DNA of 61,978 nucleotides, filler included, from Choristocarpus tenellus KU-1152 (Eukaryota; Protista; Phaeophyceae), in the NCBI GenBank assembly GCA_964200185.2. It is 10 parts of 10 records of this genome, joined end to end, with 100 filler letters (N's around TTAATTAATTAA, not from the genome) between each part and the next. Parts side by side here need not be neighbours in the genome. Positions count along the whole stretch, not along the records: positions 36,661 to 42,461 come from CAXNAD020009722.1; positions 42,562 to 48,556 come from CAXNAD020009209.1; positions 48,657 to 57,363 come from CAXNAD020004422.1; 7 more parts are not named here. One strand, given 5' to 3'. Under the pieces are notes generated by a model. That model searched no databases and had not been told where the DNA came from. It saw only the letters and a program-made list of their open reading frames with translations. The number at the start of each line of letters is the position of its first letter. Positions within the stretch are counted from its first letter, which is position 1. This document shows, in pieces, positions 39,849 through 53,305 of the stretch. Both the position numbers and the translations under genes were made by a program.

Positions 39849-41356
39849 TCCCTAAAGCCGTCCACCTTCCTCCACAACACTTTCTACCTCTTTCCACTCC
39901 ACCACATCACCCAACACCATTCAACACCATTCAACACCACTCAACCCCACGCAACTTTCCACAACTCTCCACTCCACCACGCCATTCAGCACCACTCAAA
40001 ACCACAACACAATCATCCAAGATCACCCCTTCTACATCCAATTCAACACCATGCCTTTGAGCTAGAAGACATCTACCTCGCCCAAACTTGACCCCCCTCC
40101 CTTTTCCCCAGCATCGTGGTTGGTCGTGAGCAATTGAAAGGGTGGGTGGGTGGGAAAGATTGCTTGAAGGTTGCCTTGTTCTTGCCCTGCTTGTCCTACC
40201 TCGTACGGTCACCTAACACCCATTTCTTTAACTTCTTTCCTACCTTTTCTGCCTCCTAGGTTCCCAGTATTTGACTCTTCGTCCACCTTCTCATTCTTTT
40301 TTTTTACCCTCATTACCGCTCCCCTCAACATACGTCATCCTTCTACAAATTCTCCCATCCAAGGAACTCAGATTGCTTCATAAACTTTCGCTTTCAAGGG
40401 CCATTCTCTGTAAGGTTCGTCATTTGAACAACGTTGTAGTTCCTCTATATAATGCCCGTTCTACAGGTAGCGCCAATATTATTTTCTATTCTTTGATTGA
40501 ATTGATATTATGGATAAACAACAAAACAAAACTTGAGATGATTAGCCCAGGTACGTGATGTGTGTTCTTATTACCTCCTCAAGAGTATTTGACCTGCGTC
40601 AAGGTGGTGGGTGTAACCCTCCTTTGTTATGGAAGCAACAGGTAGGGATGAAGTGAGGGGATCAGGGAGATTGAAGTTGAAGGATTGGTGTTGTGATTAT
40701 GAAATTCGGTTCCTGCTTACAGTGAGTTCTATGTCGACTAATAAACATAAGTTCCTCCATTTGAAATTAAATGTAACATAACTTTTACGAAATTCTGTCA
40801 CTAACAGTATTGAGCTAGGAGGTTGGGACAAGGTAGGTAATAGTAGTAATAGTAGGTTGTATTATAATAGTAGTATGTACAGTTGTAGTGGTGATTGACG
40901 ACCGTGTTCTAGTTCGTATTCACTCTCTTAGTAGCACTATAGAGATACATTGTAGGTTTGTAAGTCATTCGTTGTTAGTAGAGGTTTGACCACCAACCAT
41001 TGAAGGTAAGCACCATCTGCTTGGACCTGGAAGGATATTTCCTCCGCTATCTTTGCAATGTATCTGCGGTAGTAGTAGCTGTTGGTATTGTTGTTGTGTT
41101 CGTCATAGGCTAAAATTGCGCAATTACAAACAAGAGCCATACGTAACAGACACTCCTTGCTAGATTTAGACAGGCAAAAATGAGGAAAAAAATAATACCA
41201 TCTGGTCGAGTAAGGTTGCACGATGCTGTTACTTCGACAACTGAGTAGTACTACTTTGTACTACTTGTAATAACACCATAGACATGAAAAATCCATGCAT
41301 GTACCTGCTATTGCCAGCACGTGTTACTCCTCTCTGCTAGTATTACTACTACTTCT

Positions 41357-41613
41357 GAGTGAAAGTATCTTAGAGGGTAAGAGTTTTTCCCTGTTTGTCC
41401 ATTTGGGGCTTGACTTCCCAAGGGTTTTTTTAAACACTTTCCTACTCCAAAATGTTTCGGAGAAGGTAAAATATATACGTTATGAAAAGGTGTGCCCGGA
41501 ACAAGGATTTTGACACTTCCTAATAAACACGATAGCCAAAATTACATCAAAATCCCAACACTGGATTTTGGCCCCAAATGGACGGGGCCCTACCCTCTAA
41601 GATACTTTGACTC
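41357..41613. mobile_element. MITE family B, complete copy
   Basis: gagtgaaagtatcttagagggta...taccctctaagatactttgactc; flanks ttct/ttct. Confidence 0.88.
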
Positions 41614-41982
41614 TTCTTGCTTTCTCCAAAATGAGCCAAAGTAATTGAGAGGTAAACAAGGTTGCACTTTAAGGATCCCAAGAAATGGCAAAATGATGCC
41701 ATGTGGTGTCACTTTATGTGTTAAAAGGGGGAATATCAATTTTGCGTACACTACTGTGGACATAAAGCAATTAAATTGGGTATATTGCACAGGGTAACAA
41801 GGAAGGCATAGAATGCAAAAGGGCCCAAACCTACCTATCTCTCAAGTCCTACGCACACAACTCTCTCACGGCAATTACACTGTACGTAGAAGAGCAACAA
41901 CAACGTGACCGCAACATAAAGAGAACAAGCAAGTAAATGTGGCTATCAATGGTTATCAACATAAAATTTTAGAGGGAACAAT

Positions 41983-42241
41983 GAGCCAAAGTATCTCAGA
42001 GAGTAGAGCCGCGTCCATTTGGGGGTCAAAATCCAATGTTGCGATTTTGATGTAATTTTGGTTATTGTGTTTGTTAGGAAGTGTCAATATCCTTGTCCCG
42101 GACACACCTTTTCATAACATACACATTTTACCTACTCCTAAACATTGTGGAGTAGGAAAAATTCATTAATAAAAACATGGGAAGCCAAGATCCAAATGGA
42201 CAAACAGGGCAAAAATCGTACCCTCTAAGATACTTTCACTC
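41983..42241. mobile_element. MITE family B, complete copy (inverted relative to 41357)
   Basis: gagccaaagtatctcagagagta...taccctctaagatactttcactc; aat/aat duplication. Confidence 0.88.
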
Positions 42242-42622
42242 AATAATACTAGTATATAGGAACGTAGCTAATGTAAATTGTGTGGTTCTCTGGCGGTGTG
42301 GTTTACTCAGCGAAGGATGGTTGGAGATTATCTCTGGGCAAGATGGACTAGATGGACCAAGACGAACCATAACTGAGAGGATGAGGTTTAGATTGGACGA
42401 GTGTAGAGAGTGCAGAGTGGAGAGGATCTCATGAGAGACCCAAAGTATCTGGGAGGGGGGGNNNNNNNNNNNNNNNNNNNNNNNNNNNNNNNNNNNNNNN
42501 NNNNNTTAATTAATTAANNNNNNNNNNNNNNNNNNNNNNNNNNNNNNNNNNNNNNNNNNNNTTTGGTTTTATTGTTGTTTTTTCACTGCACGGGGTCTGT
42601 GGCCGTCTTGAGGGATTGTTTT

Positions 42623-42807
42623 TGGGGGGGGGGGGGGGGGGTTCGGCTGTCCATTCAGGGTCCATTTTTCCATGTCGTGATTCTTTGGTGATTGGGCTGC
42701 ATGTGTCGGATGGATAATGAAAGCTCACTTCTCCTAGTCAGGGCCCGAATGGACACCCTGGCGTAGACCCCTATCACCCTACCTATTCCCCCCAGATACT
42801 TTGTGCC
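42623..42807. mobile_element. MITE family A copy near contig start (other partial copies at ~11849, 11976, 14876, 21715, 42437, 48657, 49822, 51881, 57480)
   Basis: Internal gtccatttttccatgtcgtgatt...gggcccgaatggacaccctgg and right TIR cccagatactttg. Confidence 0.8.
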
Positions 42808-43399
42808 CTTTTCTTCTCATGCATCAAGTTCAGCCATCCCACCACTTGTTATTCTGCCTCCTCCCTTCAGTCTTCTGCAGTACTTGACTCACTCAGTCTT
42901 GCTCAGCAATAACGAATTGCATATCGTTCAAGTTTGGATAATCGAAACAAGATTTTGAGTCCATATAATCCTCCAGGGGGGTTGATATGAATCACTTTAA
43001 GGGTAAGGGAGATTTAATATTTTATTTCTGACACTCTCATTGTCATGCCTGAAATACAGCCAACCCAAAGCAAGGGGCAATGACTGCATGTAAGAGGAGG
43101 TGTACATTCATCTGTGCAAGTGCAAAATCACCCCCCAGAGTGCTAGAAGCACATGTACCAGGAGGCAGTCACACTGACCCCATACTCTTGATGGCACTCC
43201 CATCCCAGATACTAACACTCCTTCCTTCAGAAGTCTGATATGTCAAGCGAGTTAACTCACATTCCTGTGAAGATTGGCCTTGGCCACTGAGCAACACTGA
43301 GCAAAAAGGACGCTAGGAAGTGCAATTTGTTGTGGTGGAATTGTAGCGCCTCTGACCACAGGTAAGGCTACTACTGCCTATTTTAAACAACAGTCCTTA

Positions 43400-46300
43400 A
43401 AAGTAAATACTACATAATATATATCACCCGTAGGCCCCCGGCGTGTAGAGTTAGATGTAAGGGTTAGAGTGTCCTTGAATGTCGGCTTTTCCCAATCAAA
43501 TTCGAAGGGATGCGAGGGTTCAAACCCAGTCAATGTCAGATTTCCTTTCAAGGTAGATGGACCACACGGCGATTCTAATGGAAGAGTACCCTCTTGTCTG
43601 TCGCTGAATCACAAAAATGAACGTTGAAACCTGAAATCGTGATGGAAAGGTTTCATTGTCTGCTGCCAGGTAAGTACTGCACAAGACTCGAGGGTCAAGG
43701 TGGAGCAATGATCGGTCAGATGGGTGAAACCAAGGAGCAAGCAAAACTGAAGGCATTTCACTAACACATTGAGCTAGTTCAACAGTTAGTTCATGGCTAA
43801 CGAGGAGTATTGCGGTTTATATCATAAACGAAAAACTACAAATTTGCACACCACGTAGATGTGGGTTGTGCATTTACGTTTCTTAGATAAAAATTACAAA
43901 GGCTTGTACAAAACTCCTCTACTTCACCCCTATTGCTTCAATTGTCGAATAGGATACCTGAGTCAGTAAACAAACGCTAAATGAGTGGGTTAACCCTCCC
44001 TCACCTTGTTATAGAAGCAATTATACTTTCTAGAGTGAGGGGGTGAGGTAGATATTTGAGTTGAAGGGACAGGATTGCGGTTTTGAATCGCATTGTAATA
44101 GTGACTTCTACAGTAACTAACGAATATACCTTTGTATGTGATCTGTGTTTGAAATTGATTGGTCGGTTGGGGGATTGGGAAATCATTGGTCTTTTTATGT
44201 TATCAAACTTCTGACCAGAACCATTTCTGATCAAATGGAAAGGTTTTTCCACATCATACATGCATGAGTGTCATGTGTGGCGAGTCTTCCCACATTACTT
44301 AAACGCCTTCTACAGGAGGAATGAGCTTGTGGGATGGTGACTGTTCGATTCTGGAGAGCCGTGTGAAACCCAGGGTGGGTAAGACCTCTCTAATGGTTCG
44401 AACATAACTGCACTGTAGGGAGAAAAAAACATGATCTCACAGAAAGGTGTCCACACCGTTGGTATATACAACGCCTGTCTTGAGAAGGATTGTAATTTGT
44501 GTGTACTTGTATAATCCGTTGTTCATATTCTTGGCGATGTGGTGCTAGTTACGCGTAATTGGACTGTCCTAGAAAGGGTTATGGCTACTCAAGAATTCTG
44601 TACTATCCTTAACAAGGATATTTTGACCCCTCAAGATTCTTTCGTTGGATTTCAGGATACCTCACACAAATCAGATTGGCAGTAAAGTGCTTGTTTTGTC
44701 CTGGTTTAATCTTGCATTGTTTTCGAATGGTGTGTCTGAAGGCGGGGCGATAAAAATGTAGTCAATTGTTCTTCTAACAGTTCCGAGTTGCACTAGCAAC
44801 TCCAAAAGCGCTCGCTCTGGCAGACCCAGGAAAACTCCCCAAGTCCTCAGACCACGCCTCTTTAACAAGCACCAGATTACGTCCTATAGGACGTCTTATA
44901 AAACACACGCTCATAAAAACATGTTGATTTGCACACCGTTTCTCACTGCCTGGCCCATGCCCTTTGACGACATCCTGCTGAAAGATGGGAGTTTCGGATT
45001 CAAAACAGTCTGAAAACCCAATTCAAAGTCTGAGGTCACACAAACTGCTGAGACTGAGACGAGTGAAAGTATCTTAGAGGTTACGATTTTTTCCCTGTTT
45101 GTCCGTTTGGGCTTGACTTCCCATAGGAAGTTTATGACATTTTACCTACTCTGAAACGTTTCGGAGTAGGTAAAATGTATATATTGTGAAAAGATGTGTC
45201 CGAAAAAGGATATGGACACTTCCCAACATAATATTCGTATTAAACACGATAGCCAAAATTACATCAAAATCGCAGCATTGGATTTTGTCCCACAATAGGA
45301 CGCAGCTCTACCCTCTAAGATACTTCGACTCACAACCTGTTTCAACCTAGAATCCTTGTTGCATAGAAAATGGTGCTGATCAGTTTGCTAGGACCTGCTA
45401 CTTGCTGCCCTGGAAAATGCGTGGCAGATTCGAAAATCATTCAAGAAACAGCAGAAGGGGTTAGACACAAGAATTGCATCGATATTTATTCTAAAGCCTA
45501 ACCAGATTGTGCCGCTTGAGCATGCACTCCAGCACAGAAGATTTCCTAACCCTGACATGGTATGCTAGGAATGACTGACGTACTTCATCCCTGTGTTTGA
45601 TCTGCAGACAACATAAATTCTACCTCCAACTGACCAACCAAGCTGCACAGTAAATGTAGACTCTTTTGCCCGTCAGAGATTACTTCACATGGCATACTCC
45701 CTCTTTCTATGTCCTTCATCATAAGGGCAAACCTAGCCTGGAAAGGGCAGCCTCTGTGGCATTTAGCCTTGACCACCTTCAGTTGTGCATGATGGGTGTC
45801 TCCTGCAAGCAATATTTCTGATCTCTTACCGACTCCCTTGTCTTCCTCTCGATCTTCATGTCATGAGGTATTCCAAAACTCCCTGACATTGCCATAAATC
45901 TCCTCCATGCCAATACTGATACATCAACGATCAATTCTCAGGATAGGCAAAAGAAAGCATGGCGATTGTTGTTCCACCAATGGAGGAAGGTTTCCATTTC
46001 TACCGGCATTTCTTGACCCTTAACAGTTCTATCCCCTAACTTCCCATCCTCATGTCCACTAGTAGTCAATGAGAAAGCTGAGAGCACGAACCCTGAAGTG
46101 GTCGTAAAAGAGATGTCTCACCCAACGTCAGATCCCACGTGTATGCTGTTCGTAAATCTCCCCTTTTCCATATAACTTAACTGTGTTCTGTCCGTTCAAC
46201 CAGCATGATGACTAACAGATCATCCAACATACAGCAGAGATGGGGTTGGCAAATGCTTAATGACTGCCCTGTCGCATGAGGGTGTTTCGCATGAGGGTGT

Positions 46301-47600
46301 TTGTAGCCTATATAATGACCTCGATCGTATCCTCTTGGAAAGCCAAATTGAAGTATTTGTTGAGCTCCAAACTTTGCCCTCATGAACACCGCTGTAGCCA
46401 CATTAATGTCACATTCCAATTATCAGCGGGTAAAACGTCCATGTTCACCACCTTCACATGCTGTTACCTCCTGGCAGGTTGTTATTAATCTCCCTTTGAA
46501 GAAGAACGAATTGATCTGCATCTTCAACCTCCCCATTGTCAATAAACCTGATGCCCAAGCTAGTTTCGATATAACCATCATCCTCGTCGTGACTCTCTTC
46601 ATCTGCCAAATCTTCGTAGCTCATAGCATCCTAGAAGGTGGGCGGGATTTAGCCCAGTCCGTCAATTCGGGGCTTGATGGGGTGTTGTAGACACTCCAGT
46701 TTGATGCCCGTTTTGCAGGTGATGTTCCTTCTAATTTGATCAAGGCAGGGGGGTGGGAAAGGAATGCTCATCAAGATGAAGGAAATTGCCCGTACATTTG
46801 ACACTTAACTACAATGACATGAAAATAACTAGAGGGTCACAAATGCTCCAAATAAGGGCCTGATCCCCCAACTAGGATACTATTGACCTTGTCGGAATCC
46901 TCCTTACTCTCATCATCTGAATCTTCCATCGACTTATCATTCCCAGCCTCGCTCAAATTCCTCCCTTCCACTGAATAATCAGAAGCCTTAACGGGTATGT
47001 CCATCATTGATCTTGATGCAACCTCTTTCTCAATGATCACACCCTCTTTTCTTTGTAGAAACCACAACCCATTGGTGGTGCTTGTTTCTTTCGTTGGAGG
47101 TTGGGAGATAACCTCAGCAAGCTCCACAGCAGGTCTTTGTCCTTTTAGACCTTGATGACCTCGAACGGTAAGTTTTTGCCCTACTTGAATGAACTGACAT
47201 GACCAAAAGTGTATCTCACATGTCACCACATTTTTGCTTAGACTCACTCATCAGGGGAAGCATTCCACAACACGGAGTTTGTGCTGGTGAACCAGAGATC
47301 CAGGATATATCCTCCAAGATCTTGAGTATCAGGCAGAACAGGGACGGGAACGGGTGGCTCTGTCTCTTGCAGCTGACGAGGGCACCTCAACACCGGGGCT
47401 CCATCCAATATCGCCTTATTCCAGGCATGCAAGTGTTTCTTGAAAGTGAACTTGTTTTGTGGGACGAGGTTCCACTTGGAAAGTCGATACGCTCTACCAA
47501 ACAATGGCAGTAACATTACATTCACCACAACACTTTCCTCTTTTTCGTATTGAGCCTTGCGTTCTCAGAACCAAGGACAGGCCCAGGATATTCGATTCCA
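43400..47600 (-). mobile_element. Heavily decayed retroelement, probably DIRS/Ngaro-type (gag-RT-RNaseH-tyrosine recombinase)
   Basis: Intronless fragmented coding-like sequence with colinear degenerate motifs: QILQFGFPRGY, LLVDMR, RLPF, VYI, TIWLGFRIN (RT-like), LRGQNILVKD (RNase H-like), LLLGF, SDRQEG and SNSTRRGPT (compare YR HSLRRGGAT). All motifs are degraded. Confidence 0.45.
45061..45331. mobile_element. MITE family B copy inserted in the retroelement relic
   Basis: gagtgaaagtatcttagaggtta...taccctctaagatacttcgactc. Confidence 0.85.
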
Positions 47601-49929
47601 AGCAAGATAGCTCCACTCACCGTTTCAACAATCAGCACATGGAAACCTACGTCCTTGTACTCAGCGTATGGGGATCAACAGCAAGCCCATGCCCTACGAT
47701 TCAATCTGGAACCAAGATGAGACCAACGGCATGGACTACTTGGACTGGCACACCAACAAGAGTCTGTAATCCAGACACATGTTGCAAACCAACATGCTTG
47801 GAGGTATGGTATAGCCTAGGTACAACACACAACCCACTTTTTCTCGTTTATACAAAACCAACAACCCTCTACCTGAGACACTAATTAATTCGCCCTTCCC
47901 CTTCCCTCATCCATTTTAGAATACAGCTTGGGTCGGATGATGAGGTATATCAGATCTTCAGGAACTGACTTGAGGTCGAGGGCTTGGATTGACGAACACC
48001 TCCCTCATATGGAGGCCCTTCTTGGTCACCAAGGCGACAATGATGGGTGGTCCTGTGGTTACATGCATCACCTGTCCTGTGACACTCTCATTGTGTGCTT
48101 GAGGAATGTCCCATACTATCGTAGAAGTGGTGTCAGGCGTCTATATGGGACATGTGTGAACCTGTAGAGATTTTCATGTAATCTAAATGAACATTTTAGC
48201 TGATCAAGTGGAGGAGAAAACCTGGAGGGAAAACCCCTTTCCAATGTTTACCCTGACAGCAGATATGCTAGTGTGATAAGCGCACCTCACAGTACTCATT
48301 CTGCATTTGACTCATTGTTGAAGGGAAATCCCTCTTTAAGAACCATGAAAATATAAGCAAATATAGACAATAAATGTCTTAACAATAACATCAGAATAGG
48401 GAGTGTCATAAAAAGACTCCCCTTGTAATCAAATCCTGTAGGGTCTTGGGGCCCACTTATCTAGATGTAACAATCCCCCCCCCCCCCTTTTTGACAACTC
48501 CCGTGTGCCCTTGTTTGCGTTTTTTCCCGAAGACTGGAAATTCCTTCCTTTTCCTGNNNNNNNNNNNNNNNNNNNNNNNNNNNNNNNNNNNNNNNNNNNN
48601 TTAATTAATTAANNNNNNNNNNNNNNNNNNNNNNNNNNNNNNNNNNNNNNNNNNNNCCCCCAGATACTTTGGTCCAAATGGATCCCCTGATCCCAGTGAC
48701 ATGACTGGTAGTTCCAGTTAGTCCCTGCCCTAGCACAGTGCCACACCCAGAAAAATGGCAATCACTACAAACGCCACCCACTCTTCTTCTGTAAGGCTGC
48801 AAGCATAAGGCACATACTTTTAATCAATATGCCAGAAACATCCTATCAAGCATTTTATCCAAACCTCTACTGACCAGTTACGTTGTGTTGCAGAGAGCTT
48901 TGGTGCTTGAGCACGGCGCATGTGGCATGCTGTTCATCATCTGCATACGACTACTTTTGATATTTTTCATCAGTACCAATCCAATGCAACACACTGCGTA
49001 GTAAGAGCACCTACCAACAAGTGAGACGGCAATCAAGTATGTACAACAATGGTCGACTCATCACTGAAGGTTACAGAGATCGTCTGTGAGACCGATAATG
49101 GTGGAACCATCATCGTTGAAGATGTTGGCACAGTTCTCCGCCTATGGTTTGAGGGTTGGATATGTGTGCCAAGGGTGGAGGGACAGCAAGGGGCGAGAGA
49201 TGGATCACATGGTATGGACTGCAAGAGGGAAAGTGTGCAAAATAGGAAAATAGTGAGATGTACCTTATTTTTTGCATTTGAGATCATTGCATTGAATTGA
49301 GCCCAAATGGTGCCCCACAAAGGTCACTCTTCCATTTAGATTTGGATATTTGCAATGACCAACAGGAAAAGCGCCTCAGACAGTTTTATGAACCGAGGGT
49401 TGTTTACATACAAGTTAAAACTAAAAGTGGTGGTGGTTTGGATGTTTGGACAACACGATATATTGCCATATATATGCTCCTCGTGTTATGATTGAATTGC
49501 CAAAAAGAGTATATGCCTAGGTGGTATCCTACCGTAGAGAAGGAGTCCCCGATTAAGAATTAAGAGGGAAAAAACTGTGAGGAATCGTTATAGTGTAAGC
49601 GAAAAGACTATGATAGCCAGAGTTTAATCAAAATCACAACATTGGATTTTGGGCCCAAATTGGACGCGGCTCTACCCTCTAAGATATTTGGGCTCTATGT
49701 AGGGTCTCGAGGAAGTCAATGTTGTGCGCACCCAGTGTGACACACACTACATAGCAAACATTTTGCAATGCTACCCACCTCTCGCAGCTTTCTGGGTCAT
49801 CTTGGTCGCTAACGCATTTCTGACCTAAAGTATCTGCGGGGGGGGGGGGGTCTTTCTTCTTTTACACCATTCTTGCCGTGATTGCCTCCAGTCGATTTTC
49901 TCGTCCACGACGGGGTGTCCACAGCCCCA

Positions 49930-51290
49930 CTCCGGATGGTACTTGACTTGAGGTCAAAGAAAGAAGAGTCCTGTAGCAGACCTCATTGAGAGCCAAAGTA
50001 TCTTAGAGGGTAGGGCCGCGTCCATTTGGGGGTCAAAACCCAATGCTGCGATTTTGATGTAATTTTGACTATCTTGTTTGGTGGGAGAGTGTCAATATCG
50101 TTGTTTCGGACACACTTTTTCATATTGTATACATTTTACCTACTCGGAAGCATTTTGGAGTAGAAAATGTCATTAAAAAAACATGGGAAGCCATGCCCCA
50201 AATGGAAAAACAGGGAAAAACTCGTACCCTCTAACATACTCTCACTCTGACTTTGTGCACGCATGCCGGGAGATCAGCATAATACCACTTTAAAGTGATC
50301 GAGAAAAATCCACTCTCGTTGTGGACAAGGGGTACAACCTCACAGGGTATGGTCTCCTATGTTACCTCGCGCATACCCGGTCCACGTGTGACACATATGA
50401 CGTGGGGACTGAACTTAGGGAGCTTGCCCACAAACGTTGACTTGACCAACAGAACTGGAGGAGTTTTATCTTTGAATCAATGTTCCACGCCAGTCTCCCA
50501 AGGTCGGGTGTGGTCTCTGGGCGATTACGCATTTGTAGTGAACTGGTAGATACAGGTGGTGATGACCGACTGAAATGGCCAGCAGACATTGAGCGTTTTC
50601 ATTTCGGGGATGTATTCAATGAAAGGGTAGATGGGTGGAATGGCCAGATGGACCCGAGGTTCTATTTCCCGGAGATGCATTAGATCAGCGAATGGAGGAT
50701 GTGGACCTCCCATGAACGCTACAATTGATTGGTTTTGGACCGTCTTTTGATAGGCCTGCTGATAGGGTATCGCTCCCAGAGGAGCTCCAAGTGATCACGT
50801 TTGGGAAGTATTCAACCATCGAGTGGACAAAGTTCGGTGGTCAGAGAAACTCGTGGCTCTGGTTTTTTGATATTGCTTCAACCAGACAGTGGACAGGGTT
50901 AAGTGGCCAGACCAGCTAAACTGCCTTCATTTTGGCTCCTGTTTTGACCAGCCTATTGGTGCAGTAGTTTGACCTCAAGAACTGAAGATTTTTTTTCACA
51001 GGCGAGTTCAATGAGGCGGTTGAGGAGGTGAAATGGCACAAGAAGCTCAAGGTACTCAGGTTTTGGAACATCGTTCAACCAGTCTTCAGAGGGGGTGATC
51101 TGGCCGACGGAGGAGCTTTTCATTAAGGATATTCCCCAACAAATCCCGAACCCCAGGAAAGTTGATGTGGTGGGCAACCATGAAGTTTAGTTCTGCATTA
51201 CTAGTTTTTGTATGTACGGTACATAGCTCCAGACTTGAAGAGTTAGATTTGTGCTGGGAGAGCTTCATGGGTACTAATGAAGGCATGTTC
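49930..51290 (+). pseudogene. Intronless FNIP-type leucine-rich-repeat pseudogene
   Basis: ~22-aa repeats across frameshifts: KWPADIERFHFGDVFNERVDG, LIGFGPSFDRPADRVSLPEELQVITFG, FNQTVDRVKWPDQLNCLHFGSCFDQPIGAVV*PQELK, FNEAVEEVKW; matches the FNxPI..V.WP..L..L.FG consensus. The upstream part is interrupted by a MITE. Confidence 0.8.
49990..50247. mobile_element. MITE family B, complete copy (partial copy at ~49610-49695)
   Basis: gagccaaagtatcttagagggta...taccctctaacatactctcactc; tga/tga duplication. Confidence 0.88.
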
Positions 51291-53054
51291 TGCTAAATGG
51301 TGATTTCAGGTTAGTATTTGGTGTGGTTTCCATTGAACCCTGGGAGTAAGCAGCGACCTCTGAAGGGGATCTCTAGCTAGGCCCCGAGCATTGTTGATGT
51401 TGTCCAATGAAACAGCTATAGAGTCCTGACATTGATCAGGCAATGTTAGGACTAAGTATATATACCATGCAAGCATCTTACACATTAGCGTCTTAGCTTT
51501 GGAAAATATCTATCGTCCTATCTCGTGTGTGAAAATGACCATAGATTGGGTGTTACATCCTTTACTAGCAACTCAACTGTGAGTCTCGATAGTGGCTGTA
51601 CCCGCCTCTCTTCCAGTACATTGTACACAGCGTGTAATTAGATGTGCCACCAGAAGGCTGCACAAACTGTTGCAAGTGCTTTTTGTTTCCAGAAATGGTT
51701 CCAACTCTACAGCTCGCATTTGGGCAATTTAGTTGATGATTCACGAAATGGTTGTGTCTGTGAACCACTCTCCTTTTCAAACTGACAGCATGACAATGTT
51801 CGCACTGCATTTTGTGTTGTGATGTTTGAGGGCAGCAAAGCACAGTATGCAATGCGATTTCAAAGCCACGGTAAAAATGTGACTCGAAGTATCTGGGGTG
51901 GGGGGGGGGTCGACACCAGAGTCTCAATTCGGACCAAAACCAGGCAAAGAGCCCTTTCATTTATCCATCCAACGTATGGAACCAAATCACCCAAAAAACC
52001 GTTAAAATACTACCTTAATGAATACTTCATGTGTTGTTGTAAAATGTATGAATGGAGTGAATGCGATTTCACCTTTTTGTACGGAGTAGAATTCTCGTCT
52101 TGAGTCTACAAAAAAAATGCTGTGTACAATATTGCTGGTAATCATTTATTGAGAACTTACTTACGTGATGCTTCTTGATCACGTAGTTGGCTGACGACTA
52201 ACTTGGCTGGCAAATCTTTTGGGAATTAGCAGTTACTAATAATAATGCATCTGTGTTGTCATGAACAAAGACTGGCACCATGGTAGTCTTGGGTAAAGAG
52301 GCTCTATACACTCAACTGCCTCCCATCGACTACAAACTTTCTGTCTCACTGCTCCATGGGTGCCTTGCTTGTCTTGTTATAGATTTGGCCATTTATACCG
52401 CTCAACGCCCCCACCCTCTGCCCTCGAGACTTCAGCTGTTTTCAGCTGGTGATATCTGTCCCTCCATATTGAAGTCTACCCACCACAATTCACGTTTTCA
52501 TATAATTTTGTGGTTCAGCAATGGACAGACAGTATACGACAGTACAGGTATATACAATCCAATAATGCAATTGCTACGTCCATCGTCAAAACCAGATTTT
52601 CCTGAGAAGCAAATCTAACTAGGACAGGCAGGTTCAAACCCATACATGCCTTCAAAGGATCACTTGATTTCAATCACTCAGTGCCTAACCTACAACGGTG
52701 CTTCCTATATGTGTGCACTCCCTTCCTGGTGCTGCATCGGGTGTATGTGCAAACACACCTCCCTATATTATGTTTTGAGCACAGGGCTGGGGGAAAGAAC
52801 ATGCTAGATGAGCGTGTATGACGTAATGCCTTCTTCTCGCAGTTTGGTGTGTTGTAGATTATTCATTGTAGAATTTTGATCTAGTTGAACGGTCAGGTGA
52901 TATTATCCATACCACTGTTACTTGTACAGTTAACACTACTGCAAACTTCCGTATTTAAGAAATAGACTGGAGTGAGTCCAGTTGGCCACCATCTTTCTAG
53001 TGGTCCTTTCTTCCTGGTGCTATTTCTTGTTTGTTGAACTTTGATCTTGACGCA

Positions 53055-53305
53055 ACACAATTAAGAGAGTAGGGTCGTGTTCGTTTGGGAACATAAATCC
53101 AACGTCGCGAGTTTGATGTAATTTTGGCTGTCGTGTTTGTTACCAAGTGTCAATACCCTTGGTCCGGACAAACTTTTCAGAGTCATATACATTTTAGGTA
53201 ACTGTGTTCACACAGAACACTGAAAAAGGGCAAAACAAAAACGTGGAAAGCCAAGCCCCGAATAAACACACAGGGTAAAACTCCCACCCTCCTAATACTT
53301 TAACT
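53055..53305. mobile_element. MITE family B, old diverged copy
   Basis: Internal motifs ttgatgtaattttggct..gtgtttgtt and gccaagcccc..cagggtaaaactcccaccctc retained; termini eroded. Confidence 0.7.
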
